From contig CM052817.1 in NCBI GenBank assembly GCA_028534125.1, positions 66,652,001 to 66,716,000 of the forward strand: 64,000 nucleotides of DNA. The letters run 5' to 3'. The stretch is from Lama glama. Taxonomy: Eukaryota. Below are positions 24,590 to 37,340 of the stretch, piece after piece (position 1 is the stretch's first letter; each line of letters starts with the position of its first letter). Under the pieces are notes generated by a model that saw nothing but the letters and a program-made list of their open reading frames with translations, was not told the origin of the DNA and made no database searches. The position numbers were made by a program, and so were the translations under genes.

Positions 24590-24870
24590 ATCAAGTGATG
24601 ATGAAGACTGAGAAGAAAAGTAAAGCCAAATCAGGGAAGAGGGAGTGATAAGGTGAGGGTGGCGGGGAGGTGCCAGTTTCTTATGAAACATGTTTGTGTG
24701 GGAAGAAGCAGACAATACAGAACAAATGTGTAAGCAAAAAGTAAGGCCCCTATGACTGGAGCATTTTTGGCAACGGAAAGAGTGCCTCTGGACCTTGCCA
24801 TGATAAAATGTTACTTTGATAGTGAGAGAAAGCCTATGGAAGGTTTTAAGCAAGGAAGTGAAAAGGGACT
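24590..24870 (-). mobile_element. L2 fragment (continues 23585-23655)
   Basis: aagcctatggaaggttttaagcaaggaagtga. Confidence 0.6.
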
Positions 24871-25364
24871 CAGTAATTCCTTCAAACAATGTTTTGTTTT
24901 ATATCTCACTGTGAAAATAGAAACAACCAGAAGAAACTTTTCTCTGACTTCTGCCAACCTGTCTACCCACCTAATGTCTGTGCCCATTTACCTCGTCTTC
25001 CAGATTTCAACTACTTGAACCACTGGCTGTCCTCCACTCTGAAAATCTCTCCACGTGTGCACTAAATCCCACTCCTTCCCTTTTATTCCTGTCTGTCTCA
25101 CATAGTCATTTCCCTAGCTTTAATAAACTGGTATCATCAGCAAATGCATGCCCAATTTCTCCCATCTTGGATGTCTAATAAATATTACAAACATTTTAAT
25201 ATCAAACTCATAACATTCCCCTGAAAACCTGCTGACTTCTGCATATTAGTTGGTGAGAAGTCCACTCTTTCAGTTCCCCAGGCTGTAAACTATGGAGATG
25301 TGATGCTTGACTTCTCTCTCAAGGGCTAAATTCAGTTTGTTTGAATTTCTATTGTGGCTACCTA

Positions 25365-26665
25365 CGATATGTGAAAATGGAGTGTGAGAGGATGGCCGTG
25401 TCCCAGGTCTTGGTCAAGTCCCAGGGATGTGCCCCACCAAGTGAGGGTCCTTGTCTTCTTGTACGAAACAATTCAAGAGCGAGCCATAGTTTAGTAAAAG
25501 TAGGTTTATTCAGACATGCACACTCCATAGTCCGAGTGTAGGCCATCTCAGAAGGCCAGAGAGGCCATGAGGCATGGTGGTGGTGGGGGTGGTGGTGGTT
25601 GTGATGCAGGACAATGGATGTGGGGCGTAAGGAAGACCATGTCCCAGGTCTCAATTGAGCCCCGGGGACGTGCCCTGACAAGTGTGGGTCCTTGGCTTCG
25701 CGCAGAAAAGAATTCAAGTGTGAGCCACTGTTGAGTAAAGGTAGATTTATTTAGAGAGATACATACTGTATAGAGTGTAAGATGAGAAAGGCAAGGAAAG
25801 AGGTGTGGGAATCGGTTGCTCAGGTTAAAGTAAAAGTAGGTACACACTCCATAGACAGAGTGTGGGCCATCTCTGAAGAGGGAGCGAAAAAGGGCCGCTA
25901 GGTGTGGTGGTGTCAGTTTTTAATGGGCTCAGTAGCTTCATATGCCTACAGGTGGGACCATTCCAACTGCCCTGGGAAAGGGGCTGAGATTCCCAGGGAT
26001 TGGGCCACAGCCCATTCTTTGGCCTTTTCTTCTTATCCTTGGGACTGTCATGGTGCCTGTGGGCATGTTATTTATCACGCTGTTACAATGAGCATATAAT
26101 GAAGCTCAAGGTCTACTAGAAGTCAAACCTCTTAATCCTTAAGGCCAACTAGAAGTTGAATCTTCCACTATTCTGGTGAATCTTCCACCATTTTGGTGTT
26201 AAACTGCTGTCATTCCTTGAGTGGCTGTGCCCTGCCCCCTTCCCGCCTGTCTCAGTTGAAGTAAAATAGACACACACTCCATAGATAAAGTATGGACCAT
26301 CTTGGAAGGTGAGGGAGCAAAAGGCCACAAGATGCAGAGTTGGCTAGTTTTTATGGGCTTGGTAACTTCATAGGCTAACAAGTGGGAGGATTAGTACAAC
26401 TACTTTGGGGAAGGGGTAGGGATTTCTGTGAATTTGGCCACCGCCCACTTTTTGACCTTTTATGGTCGGCCTTAGAGCTGTCTTGGCACCTGTGGGAGTG
26501 CCATTTACCATGCAGATATATTACAATGAAGTTCAGGGTGTTCTGAAAGTCAAATCTCCTGCTATCTTGCTCTCAAGTTTTCCTGAATTGAATCTTCCAC
26601 CATCTAGGTGCTAATTGCTGTGATTCCGTTATTGTTTGTGCCCTGTCTCCTTCCTTCCTGTCTCA
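25365..26665 (-). mobile_element. ERV1-type solo LTR, outer copy
   Basis: Starts TGAGACAGG on the minus strand, with AATAAA near 25505. 4-bp TSD CCTA at 25361-25364 and 26666-26669. Confidence 0.85.
25602..26254 (-). mobile_element. ERV1-type solo LTR, inner copy of the same family
   Basis: TG...CA ends, colinear similarity to the outer copy, and 4-bp TSD GTTG at 25598-25601 and 26255-26258. Confidence 0.85.
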
Positions 26666-27789
26666 CCTAGAAAATATTCCAGAATATAACCATTTATCGC
26701 AACTTCTACTGTCTACCTGGTCCAACATTTCTACTTTTGTTTTGCTCCACACCCCTCCCCCGCCCCCCTAAGTCTATTCTCAACATAGCAGTTTTAGTTG
26801 ATCCTTTGAAAATGTAAGTTAGATCATGTTAATCCTCTCTCAAGACCTCCAGTGCCACCCTACCTGGATTTTTTTTTTTTTCCAGAATAAAACCATAGTC
26901 TCAGCTGTCTCCCAGGCCCCACTCCTTGTTGCCCCTCTGGCCTAACCTGCTACCACTCTTCCTTTTGCTCTCTCCACTCTAGTCACACTTGTCTCTTGGT
27001 AGTTTCTTGAATTCTAGACAGACGCCCTCTTTGTGCTCTGCCTGGTAGGCTCTTACCTAGATACCCAGGTTTCCTTCTTTCACTTACTTCTGGCATCTGC
27101 TTACATGTCACCTTCTCAGAACTCTCTCTGTATAAATAACAACTTTCTTGTCTACTACCTCTGTTTCTTTACTTTTCTTTTAAAATACTACTTATAACTT
27201 TCAGATACAATATATATGTATTAATTTATGTTTATTTTATCTGCCTTCTCCCACTAGAGTGTTAGCTCTGAGAGGTTAGTGACTTAGTTTTGGTTTACTT
27301 CTAACCCTAGAAAGATACTTAGAGTATCATAAACATTCAACTTAAAATTTTGTTTATTCAGTTACTCAATAAGTTGACATTTATTACTAAATAATATTAC
27401 ATACAAATTGCCATATTCACTTGCTCATAATATTGACATAATTTTTGGAAAGATACACGGAATACACCTAGTTTCTTTTGAAGAGCAGGACTGAGTTAGA
27501 AAATACTTTCATTGTATACTATTTCATAATTATTAATATCTTAATTAGTGAATATTGACTAGTTTCTCCCAACTTTAAGAAATTGATCAGTAGATTAAAC
27601 ACTGTAACTGAAATAGTCTGCTCTTTTATAGTCTATTCAGTATTTGTTTGGTTAACCAAACGTGAACTAATATAGGTGACTTTTCTCATAGCTAAATTGT
27701 GAAGATGCTGGGTTGTATCTAATAAGAAAACAGAGTTAAGGAAGCTATATTTCAATTTAAAATAAATGATTAGGGAAGGCAAAGAGATT

Positions 27790-28183
27790 TGTTAAAAGAT
27801 AAGCAGAGGTATATTAAAATTTTTACAAGTTTATCTGAGGAAAAATTAATTAGAATCAGGCGGCATCCAGTGGAACAGATAGAAAAGAGCTGCAAGGACC
27901 TGTGTAAAATGAAGGACTTTCATAGGCAGGTGGGTGTGGAAACAAGGAACTTACGCTTGGCAGAAAAGTGGGTTTGTAATTGAAAAGTTACTTTTCTTCA
28001 GGGGATGGCAGGAGTCTGTCAGGCAGATTACCTAACTAGTGCTGATTAGGTGATTCCTGATATACTGGCTTAAGAGTCCATTTTTGGGTGAGCTAAAACT
28101 GTAATTACATTAAATCCTGGTTTTGCTGACGTGGGGCTTAGCATCTCTGACTCCATTTTGGGCATGTTGCTTTGTTTTTAACA
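27790..28183 (-). mobile_element. ERV1-type solo LTR inserted in a MIR remnant
   Basis: 8-bp inverted ends TGTTAAAA...TTTTAACA, flanks GATT/GCTT and a gactccattttg motif. Confidence 0.8.
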
Positions 28184-28274
28184 GCTTAAAGAACTTGTCT
28201 GAAGTTATGGAGCTTCTGGAGAGAAAGGCTTAAAATTTGCATGCATACCATTTCTCTAAAAGGTAATTAAATTT

Positions 28275-28570
28275 TTTATCAATTAATTTTTTTTCTTACC
28301 ATAATACATTCATGTGATGAAGAAATTTAAGTAGTACCAGAAGAGTCACAGTGAAAATAAATCTTCCCACATCTGATCCCCAAGGTGCCAGGTGGTCTCT
28401 TTAAAGGCAACTGTGCCATATCCTAGAGTGTTGTCTTCAAATTAATCTGTAGATACGCACATGTATGTATCCTTTTCTATATTGCATGTCTTTTGACACA
28501 AATAGTATCTGCTATACATGCTGTAGTGTGCTTTTCTTAAAATGTGAGCTTTGCATAAATATTTTCATTC
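28275..28570 (-). mobile_element. L1ME-type 3' fragment
   Basis: acacaaatagtatctgctatacatgctgt. Confidence 0.45.
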
Positions 28571-29619
28571 AGCTTAAGACAAAATGAATTTCTGAGGCAT
28601 GTTAATTGCATACACTTCCATGTTGATGTTTAAACGACTGTTTTTTGGTTTTTTGTTTCTGTCAAAACTGTGTTTATTTCTGCTGAAGCTGCAGAGGGCA
28701 CTGTTATCCTTCCAAAAGCATGGCCTAGCCTTAGACAGTGTTTTGCAGTACTTGAATGTGGTGCAAATTTCAGGACTTGGAGAAGCTCCTGGTATTACAA
28801 ATATGCATCAATTCAAAATACTCACTTGTGCTCACTTTTTATGTATTTCACATAAAATTAGTGGCAATATATTTATATCATACCATCACTTTCAGTAGGA
28901 GTAATTTTTCTTTAATAGATACAATATTTAATTTCCAAAGCACAAGCCTTGCCTTAATTTTGTGGTAACTATTTGTAAGGATCACAGATAGTGTCCCTTT
29001 CCTTTTAGTCATTGTTACACAAGATTTGTGTAGCATCACAGAAACTGCGCTGACCTGGGTCAGTCCAACTGCATCATTTATAAACTATGCCACACTGTAA
29101 AATCATTTATCTCTGTGATTCACCATTTTCTCAGCCACAAAATGAGGAAATGTATTTCTAAGGTTCTTGTCAGCTTCAATAAGTCTGTGATGTTTTCATA
29201 AAAAAAGAAATGTAAAAATTGAGTATAGATGAGTGTCAAGTAGAATATGGATGTGTGAGAGGGTGGGAAAAGCAATCTACGTTACAGACAAAATCTAAGG
29301 TAGTCACAACGCCACAGAGACTGATGGCAGTCCACCAAAGTCCTTTCTTCGCTTTCTGGCAAGAAAGCAAGAGTAGACAGCCAGCCTGTCTTGCACTTAG
29401 GTTGCTACTTCTAGGACTAGATAATAAAAACTTCACGGGTGCACTTTTCCTCCCTCGTCCTTGGTGAATATCCTTCCTCTTTCTCTCATTGACTGTTTCA
29501 TATCTGCCCTTCTCTTCTCAACCCTGGTTCCCATCCTCATCCTTCCTGAGAAACCATGGCTGTTAGGCAGACCATGTCTCACCTCCCAGCTCTCCCACTC
29601 CTACAGCCTGCACCATTCT

Positions 29620-30615
29620 TTTATGGATATTTAGATTGTTGCCAATTTTTCTATATAGCTTATAAGACAGAATCCATCTCTAGACACCTTTACACTCTCA
29701 TGCTTTTATTTTTGTAGAGTAGATTGCTAGAAGTCAAAATATTGACCCAAATGATACATTTATTTTGAATTATAAGTACTACCAAATTGCTTCCTAAATA
29801 ATTTCAACCAATTATACTACAATAAAGGATATGTGAGTGTTCATTTTTCTGTTCCTTCACCATCACTTGATATTATCAATATTTCTATTTTTTCAGTTTT
29901 ATGGGGAAAATGATATTTCATTATTGTTTTAACTTGCAGTTCCCTGACTGCAAATAGGATTGACTATCCTTTCATTGCTTATTAGTAATACTTACATCTT
30001 ATTTTTTGAATTATTCTTTTGGATTAAATAGTCCTTTGCTCTTATGCCCATTTTTTTCATGTGGATTGTTTATCTATTCAGATATTTTGCTTACTTTTGA
30101 AAGTTCGGTTGGTTGTTTTCTTTTAAGTCTATATAGTTCTTTATATATCCTAGATACAAGTCCTTTACCAGATGTTATTTACATATATATGCTCTCAATT
30201 TAGGACTTGTTTTAATGATGTTTTCACATAGCACATGATTGTGATTTTTATGAAGCCCAATTTATTGTGTCTTTCTTCTATGGTTTGTACTTTTGGTACC
30301 ATATATAAGAACTATTGGCCCAACCTAGGGTCACAAAGATTTTCTCCTATGTTTACTTTTAAAGTTTTATAGGTTTAGATTTTAAATTATGTCTATGATC
30401 TATTTTGAGTTAATTTTTATATAAGGTGTGGGGCATGGGTTTATGTTCATTTTTGGCATATGCGTAGTCATTTGTGTCAGCACTGTTCACTGAAAAGATT
30501 ATCTTTACTACATGGAATTAACTTTGTCCCTTTCTAAAAAAGTCATTTGATCTTTCTGTTTGTATCTATTTCTGGATTCTCTATTTCATTCCACTTATGT
30601 ATGTGTCTGTCTTTA
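29620..30615 (-). mobile_element. Old L1M ORF2 3' region
   Basis: ttctttatatatcctagatacaagtcctttaccagat...ggtcacaaagattttctcctatgttt. Confidence 0.8.
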
Positions 30616-30686
30616 ATTGTTATTTTTTTAAGCTACTAAATTTTAGGGCAGTTTGTTATACAGCAATATATGACTGACAGTATCAC

Positions 30687-31166
30687 TGTCAAGAACTGTG
30701 AAATATCTGAGATTTTACCCTTTTTGTAAGCTGACAAGTCAGCCTGCCACAGTTTCATGGATGCTGGTAGAAGACCCAAGAGTTCTGGGTCAGGGATGAA
30801 GAAAAGTTTATTACTCACAAAAAATAAAAATTTATTACTATTACTGCAGTAACAGTAGCCAGAGTATCATTTTGTACTAGTTTTCTGAACCCCAATCCCC
30901 ACAAGACAGTGCAAAGAGGATCAAGAGACACTTGTACACATAGTGGATTAAATTACAAAGGAGGAACCCTGAGCTTAAGGAATCCATATCTTTAATAATG
31001 ATCAGTAAATAGGTATGCCTTCTCTTTTCTCTGCATTATCTCCATTTTCCAAAGGCTGTTCCTTATACAAATATCCTTGAAAAGATATGTTGGAATAAGG
31101 GGCACACAGTGCTTCACTTACAAGATCTACAGAAACATGAAACCTATGGAGAATTGTCTCCCAACA
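30687..31166 (-). mobile_element. Eutherian ERV1 LTR (MER89/MER90-like)
   Basis: tgtcaagaactgtgaaatatctgagattttaccc...gcctgccacagtttcatggatgctgg...gaattgtctcccaaca with TG/CA ends. Confidence 0.7.
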
Positions 31167-31191
31167 GTTACGATTACTTCTTTCCTGAAAT

Positions 31192-31985
31192 ACTCTATGT
31201 CCAGTAGAAATAAAGTGAAATCCATGATACCTACTAGCCACTTTCAAAAAATGAAAAGAGAAACAAGTGAAATTAGCTTTAATAACATTTTAGTTAACCA
31301 AGTATCTTAAAAATATTGTCATTTCAATGTAATCAATGTACAACAGCTTTAATGAAATCTTTTATTCATACAAAAATCTTCAAAGTTCACAGTGTATTTT
31401 ATACTCACTGTAAATCACAATTCTTTTTTTTCAATGTTGTGTATATATTTTTATTGAAGTATAGTCTGTTACAATGTGACAATTTCTGGTGTACAGTATA
31501 ATGCTTCAGTCATACATGAACATATATTCATTTTCATATGCTTTTTCATTATAGGTTACTATAACATATTGAATATAGTTCCCTGTGTTATACAGTAGAA
31601 ACTTATTTATCTGTTTTATATATAATAGTTAGTATCTGCAAATCTCAAACTCCCAATTTATCCCTTCCCACCCCCTTCCCCCTGAAAACCGTAAGTTTTC
31701 TTTCTATGTCTGTTGAGTCTGTTTCTGTTTTGCAAATAAGTTCATTTGTCTTTTTTTTTAGATTTCATATATAAGTTATATCATACAGTATTTTTCTTTC
31801 TCTTTCTGGCTTACTTCACATAGAATGACAATCTCCAAAAACCTAAAAGTTTCCCTGAAACTGAATCAATCATCAACTCTTAAATTAAAATTAAAAATTT
31901 AATTCTTCAGGTGCACTAGGCACATTTCAAATCCTCAATAGCCGCATGGGACTGGCAGGCGCTGTATTGGATAGTATAGCTCTAA
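31192..31985. mobile_element. Charlie1/MER33-like hAT element split by an L1
   Basis: tagccactttcaaaaaatgaaaagagaaacaagtgaaatt, and end cacatttcaaatcctcaatagcc...gtattggatag. Confidence 0.75.
31424..31837 (-). mobile_element. Artiodactyl/camelid L1 3' end
   Basis: T tail, then tttattgaagtatagt...gaatatagttccctgtgttatacagtag...tttctggcttacttcac. Confidence 0.85.
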
Positions 31986-31994
31986 TCCCTTTGA

Positions 31995-32710
31995 TTATAA
32001 CATACATTCCTTCCCTGGTTCTCTTCTTTCTGGCCATCGCTCTTTGGTCTCTTTGATAAGCTCCTTATCTTTGCCTTATTCTTAGACATTATGGTTCCCA
32101 ATGACTGTATTCAAAGTCCTCTTCTCTTTTTATTCTCTGTCCCCTACCATTGTTTTAGTTGCCATCTGTAGACTGTTAACTCCCAAATCCATATCTCTAA
32201 ACTAAAATCTTTCCTAGGCTTTAGAAATGTACATCTAACTCTACTGGACATCACATGAGCATCCCACAGGCATCTCACAATTTCCCAAATTAGCCTCATA
32301 TTTTTCATTAAATTAATTCTGTCTACTTTGTTGTAATTTTCAGCTGGTTCAACAAAAACCCACTTACGTAAGAGAAAAAAATTGAAAGTTTCTTTTAACT
32401 ACTGCTCTTGCTCAGAGCTCACAACCAACAAACCAACAAGTCCTATGGGTTTTTTTTTCCCTAAATATTTTTGAACTCTTGCCTTCTTGTGCACCACTGA
32501 TACCTCCCCTTCTTTCTTGTGACTAGCTCCGATGTTTTTTTTTTTCCCCAGAATCAGTTCAAACATCATTTTCCAAGGAGCCTTTGGTTCTTTATCCTCA
32601 GTGTTCCTGTGGTACCATAAGTAGTACTTATAACTTGAAGCATCCTATGACTTCCCTAACTAGGCAGTAAGCTCTTTGAGAGCAGGACTCTGTCTCATTT
32701 TCCATATATT
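31995..32710 (+). mobile_element. L2 LINE
   Basis: actcccaaatccatatctct...gtaagctctttgagagcaggactctgtctcatt. Confidence 0.65.
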
Positions 32711-35449
32711 CCACTTTTTAAATTATTTAAACACCTGATGTATATCTTTTTGAAGCATCAGTTGATGACATTTGTCATGCCCTCAGCAACTTCATAATAT
32801 TATAAGAGATGGAATGCAGATAGTTTAATGCCTGTAGAAAATGATTGTCCTCAAAGAGGTTATTTCTGTACTGAGAGAAGCAGCTGAAAATACCCATGAA
32901 GTAACTATCTGCCTGAAAATGTTCATTTATATGTACTACAACTAGAATGGGCCCTAATACGTAATTTTTTAAGGCTTAGAGCCATCTCTGCAGTAATCAG
33001 ACATACATTGAAATGAGTCTATGTCAGTAATATTGAGAACTGCATCATTTTATTCCAGAATCCATGAAGGATGTTGCATCAGTAATTAGTAGAACAAGTT
33101 AACAAGTGGGGCACATACATTACATTGCACAGTGGGTAAGAGTGATTGTTTTGATTATGATTTCCATGTATGTGGTTTTTTGCTTCTTTGACTTTTACAG
33201 TCACTACTGTGTGTATCCTAGTACAAGATGATACACTGAATTTTTATAATAAAACATTTATTTAATTTGGTGAAGTATAAGATCTGCTTACCAGTAAAAT
33301 GTCCTGGTCTAACTTTATTGCTGCATATGTTTTTCTAAGTCTTCTGAAAAAACTGTTTAGTTTGGTTCTTGAAAATTTATTTTGGAAGTATTTTTACAAA
33401 CGTATGTGTAGGAACACCTGATTTTCTTGATGCACAGAGTAATAATGTTACAGGTTTATTTGAAAACCTAATAGTAGTACTCACTACGGCAAAACATTGA
33501 GCTCTTTGTTAGAGTGTACCCTTGATTGTTTATTTTTCAATTTCTTCTAAACAGGTTTATAATTTGAGTGTTCTGTTTGTGAGATTACCTGTCATCTTGT
33601 GGCAAACTATTGGAGAGTTAACTGAAAATGGAAGCCCCTGAAAAATAGCTCATCCCTTTATCTTACTGCCGACCGTGGCTTCTTCAGACTGAAAAAAAAC
33701 CCCCGATAAACCCAGTGATAATAACCCAGTTCTGCAGGAGTTTATGCATCTGTTATTTGGAAACAGAGTTCAGTGCCCACGTTACCTGCCTAAGAGATTT
33801 GAAAGCGGCTGCCTCTGAGGAGCAGGAGTGGGTAGTAGATAAGGAGTAGAGACTGCTGTTTTTATTTTAAGCTTTTTAGCACTAGTTGATTTGTAAACTC
33901 TGTGCACATAATATTTCATTAAAAATAAAACTTAGGGAAAGAAATGATCAATCCCAAACCTGGGCACTCGTTCCTGTGTTATTTCTTACAGACTAGATGT
34001 ACACCCATTAAAAGGAGGTTAGAGTGGTTCACTTTGAGTGGGGCTTTTTCCAAAGCCCTCCAGTCAGTCATGAGCAGACAGCCAGGGGAGTCATAACCTG
34101 TATCAAGGGAACCACAGGTGAGAGATTCCTCAAACACCCCCAAAGAGAAAAAGGTACTTTCCAAAGCAGTCCTTTCTACTTTGCTTCCAAAGCCAGTGTG
34201 GTGGCTGGATGTTTCCTATTTAAAAGGAGAATGAAACCAGAAACCTTGAACTTGTGGATCCTTCATAAAACCCTGGTCTCATTAGAGCAGAATGCACTTG
34301 CATCATCAACATCCTTGACCTCTTTTGCTTGATAATTGAAGAAATAGTAAAATAAAATGAAAATCTCTCTAGCTGGGCCAAATTACCATTCTTAGCAATC
34401 CTTGTCCCTTGACCAGATTTTGTCATTGACCTAGTATGATCGATATCGAGGATAAAGTTGCCAGAATGAATTCATGATTTATGGTGAGAACTGGGAAAGA
34501 TGGAGACAAGGATAAAATGTGCCTTCCTGTGCCTACATCTGGGCATGGCCTGCTATGAGCCCATTGCCTTTGGAGGCGTTGATCTCTGGAGTCTCATCAG
34601 TGAGATCCACTTGAGCAGCTAGACAAGTCAGAGGAGGTCTCCAGGCAGAGTAAAAGGGAGAGGAAAAATAGAACTTTTGCGGGCTTCTCTGGATTATGTA
34701 GGGAGCGGGCTACTAAGGCAGAAGGCAACTCATGGAGCTAATGACCCTCTGTTAGAGCAAATGCCTCTAGATGGATTATATCAGATTTTCCAGGTGATGA
34801 CTATGGATGGAATTCTCTGGAATTAGATTTTTTGAAGCTATTTTATTTTCTTTTCCGTTCAAGATGACTTCAGTCTACTAATAAAACATGGAGAAAGAGC
34901 ATGAACTAATGATTACTTTACCTCATTATACTTGTTATTCAGTTTTATTTCTTTAATTGTTCCCAAAGTAACAAGAGCTTTGTCAATTGTATTGATGAGG
35001 TCAAGACGTGTTGTGTCAGCCGTGTACTCCTGAGTGATCCTCAGTTAATAACTGAATAACGGTTTATGCCAGGAACTAAGAACTTAGGATGCATCTTTGA
35101 GCAAAACAGATAAAAATATTTTGCTCTAATTTTGCATTTTTTTGTTTTGCTCATATTTAGTAATAGCTTAGATCAAGAGATTTGAAATTCCAGCTACATT
35201 TCTGTTACCTGTAGATCTGTTTTCCTCTCCCCCACCACACCTACTTTAAATTTGAAGTATTTCATGGTAAGTGTTGAAATACAAATGTGTTTTTAATTTG
35301 ATTGTTTTCCATCACTCCTATTTTTTTTCTGGCAAAGGCCATCAAGTATATTCTTTTTTTCCAAGTATATTCTTTTTGAATCTTTGTTACATTTGTTTAT
35401 CATTTTATTTTAGCTAAGATGTTATATTCTAGGAGATGTTCTTAGCCAC

Positions 35450-36130
35450 TAGATAGCAAAAAAATATAATTTATAAGTCAAAATCACAGAGTTAATGAAT
35501 TACAAGATAATACTCAGGAGTTTGTTCAGCATATAGCCCAGATAGATGAAGTAATTTTAAAAATGTAATTAATTAGAAGTGGAGCTGAAGAGGCTCCAAC
35601 AGTCATACTCAAATCTAACAGGAATTTCAGAAGAAGTGAGTAGAGGAAATAAGAAATATTCAAAGAGGTAATGGCTAAGGAATTTTCAAAACTTGAGAAA
35701 GGTGAAATTCTTTGGATTGAAAATATACCCCAAAGGGCAAGTGAAGTGATTAAAAGTAACTATACATAGCCACAATTTGTGAAATGGGGGGATATCAAGA
35801 ATAAAGAGAGAAATCTTAGAATCATCTGGAAAGGAAAAAGAGATTACTTAAGAGGATGGGCAGTTAGATTGAGAACAAACTTCTCACCAGTAGTAGTATA
35901 TGACAGAAGACAACAGAGTAGTTATCCTCAAAGTGCTGGGGTAGAATAACTACCATTCAGAATTTTATATCTAGCTAATCTATTATAAGATGAAAAGTAA
36001 AAGAATGGATATTTGCAGACATAGAAATAGGAGAATTATATACCCACACATGTTCATTAAAAAACTACTAAAGCAAAAAAACAAAACAAAACAAAAAACT
36101 ACTAAAGCATGTGTTTTAGAGGGAAGAAGT
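35450..36130 (+). mobile_element. Ancient L1M/HAL1 ORF1-region fragment
   Basis: aaatattcaaagaggtaatggctaaggaattttcaaaac...cagaattttatatctagctaatct. Confidence 0.6.
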
Positions 36131-36459
36131 GGAATGGAAGAAATGACAAATGCTGGAAGAGGCAAGTAGTAAAATATTGTCATATTCTTCTAAGTGAGAA
36201 AATGTATATCAGGCATGTGCTTTCGTCCAGTAAGTGTGAATTAATGTTAGCTATTAGCAATTACTGTATTTTAAGAAGCAAGTGCTTAATATACATTTTC
36301 TCACTTAAAAAATAAAACAGTATTTTATATATGCATGCTTTCTAGTTCAAAGGACAAAACATTTTCTATTTAGATTATAAAGACTATTCTATCATTGTTA
36401 ATGTTTTAGCTGTCAGGGGTAATGAGTGGTGTTTTTGAAAAAGCTATCTGCTTCTAAAA

Positions 36460-37340
36460 GATATACCTATATACCCATCAGAATGGCTAAAATTAAAAAT
36501 AATGATACCATCAGCTGTTGGTGAGGCTGCAAAGAAATTGAATCACTCATACATGGTTGGTGGGAACGTAAAATGGTACAGGCACTCTGGAAGATAGTTC
36601 GGCAGGTTCTTAAAAAAATTAAATGTGCACTTGCCATACAACGCAGCAATTGCACTTATGGGCATTTATCACAGGGAAATGAAAACAAGTTCACACAAAA
36701 TCCTGTACGAGAGTGTTCTTAGCAGCTTTATTTGTAGTGGCCCAAAACTGGAAACAACTCAAAGGACCTTCAGCAAGTAAGTGGATAAACAAAAATTGAT
36801 ACATTCGTACTGTTCAGTACTACTGAGCAATAAAGGAACCAGTGATACATGCAATCACTTGGGTGAGATCTCAAAGTAATAATGCTGAGTGAAAAAAAGA
36901 CCAATCTCAAAAGGTTTCATACCTTATGATTTCATTTATATATTGGAATAAAATTATAGAGACAGAAAACAGATTGGTGGTTGTCAGGTGTTAGGAACAG
37001 GAGGTGGGAGAAGAGTGGGTGTGCCGTACAGAGGTGAAGGGGAGCCTTGTGGTGATAGAACAGTTTTGCATCTTGGTAGTGGTGGCCACACAAATCTACA
37101 CGTGATAAAATTGCGTGGAACTCCATACACACATGAGTGCATATAAAACTAGAAATCTGAAAGAGCTCTGTAGATTGTGCCAATGTAATTTTCGTAGTTT
37201 TGGCACCGCACTATAGTTACGAAAAACGTTATTGGGAGAAACTAGATGAAGGGGACAGTATAAGCTACCTCCCTGTACAGTTGTAGTTTTTTTTTTTTCA
37301 ATTTTAGGTGAATCTGCAATTATTTCAAAATTAAAAGTTA
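36460..37340 (+). mobile_element. L1MC/L1MD 3' end
   Basis: acccatcagaatggctaaaattaaaaa...ggcccaaaactggaaacaac...tgaatctgcaattatttcaaaatt. Confidence 0.8.

Larger units (their letters stand above)
24900..27345 (+). mobile_element. L2 LINE hosting the nested LTRs
   Basis: L2 sequence on both sides of the LTR block (ggctaccta|gaaaatattccagaat), with a tail near 27330. Confidence 0.7.

Noticed and set aside
25358..25847. His-rich and Pro-rich ORFs
   Set aside because: They come from the (GGT)n tract inside the LTR block.
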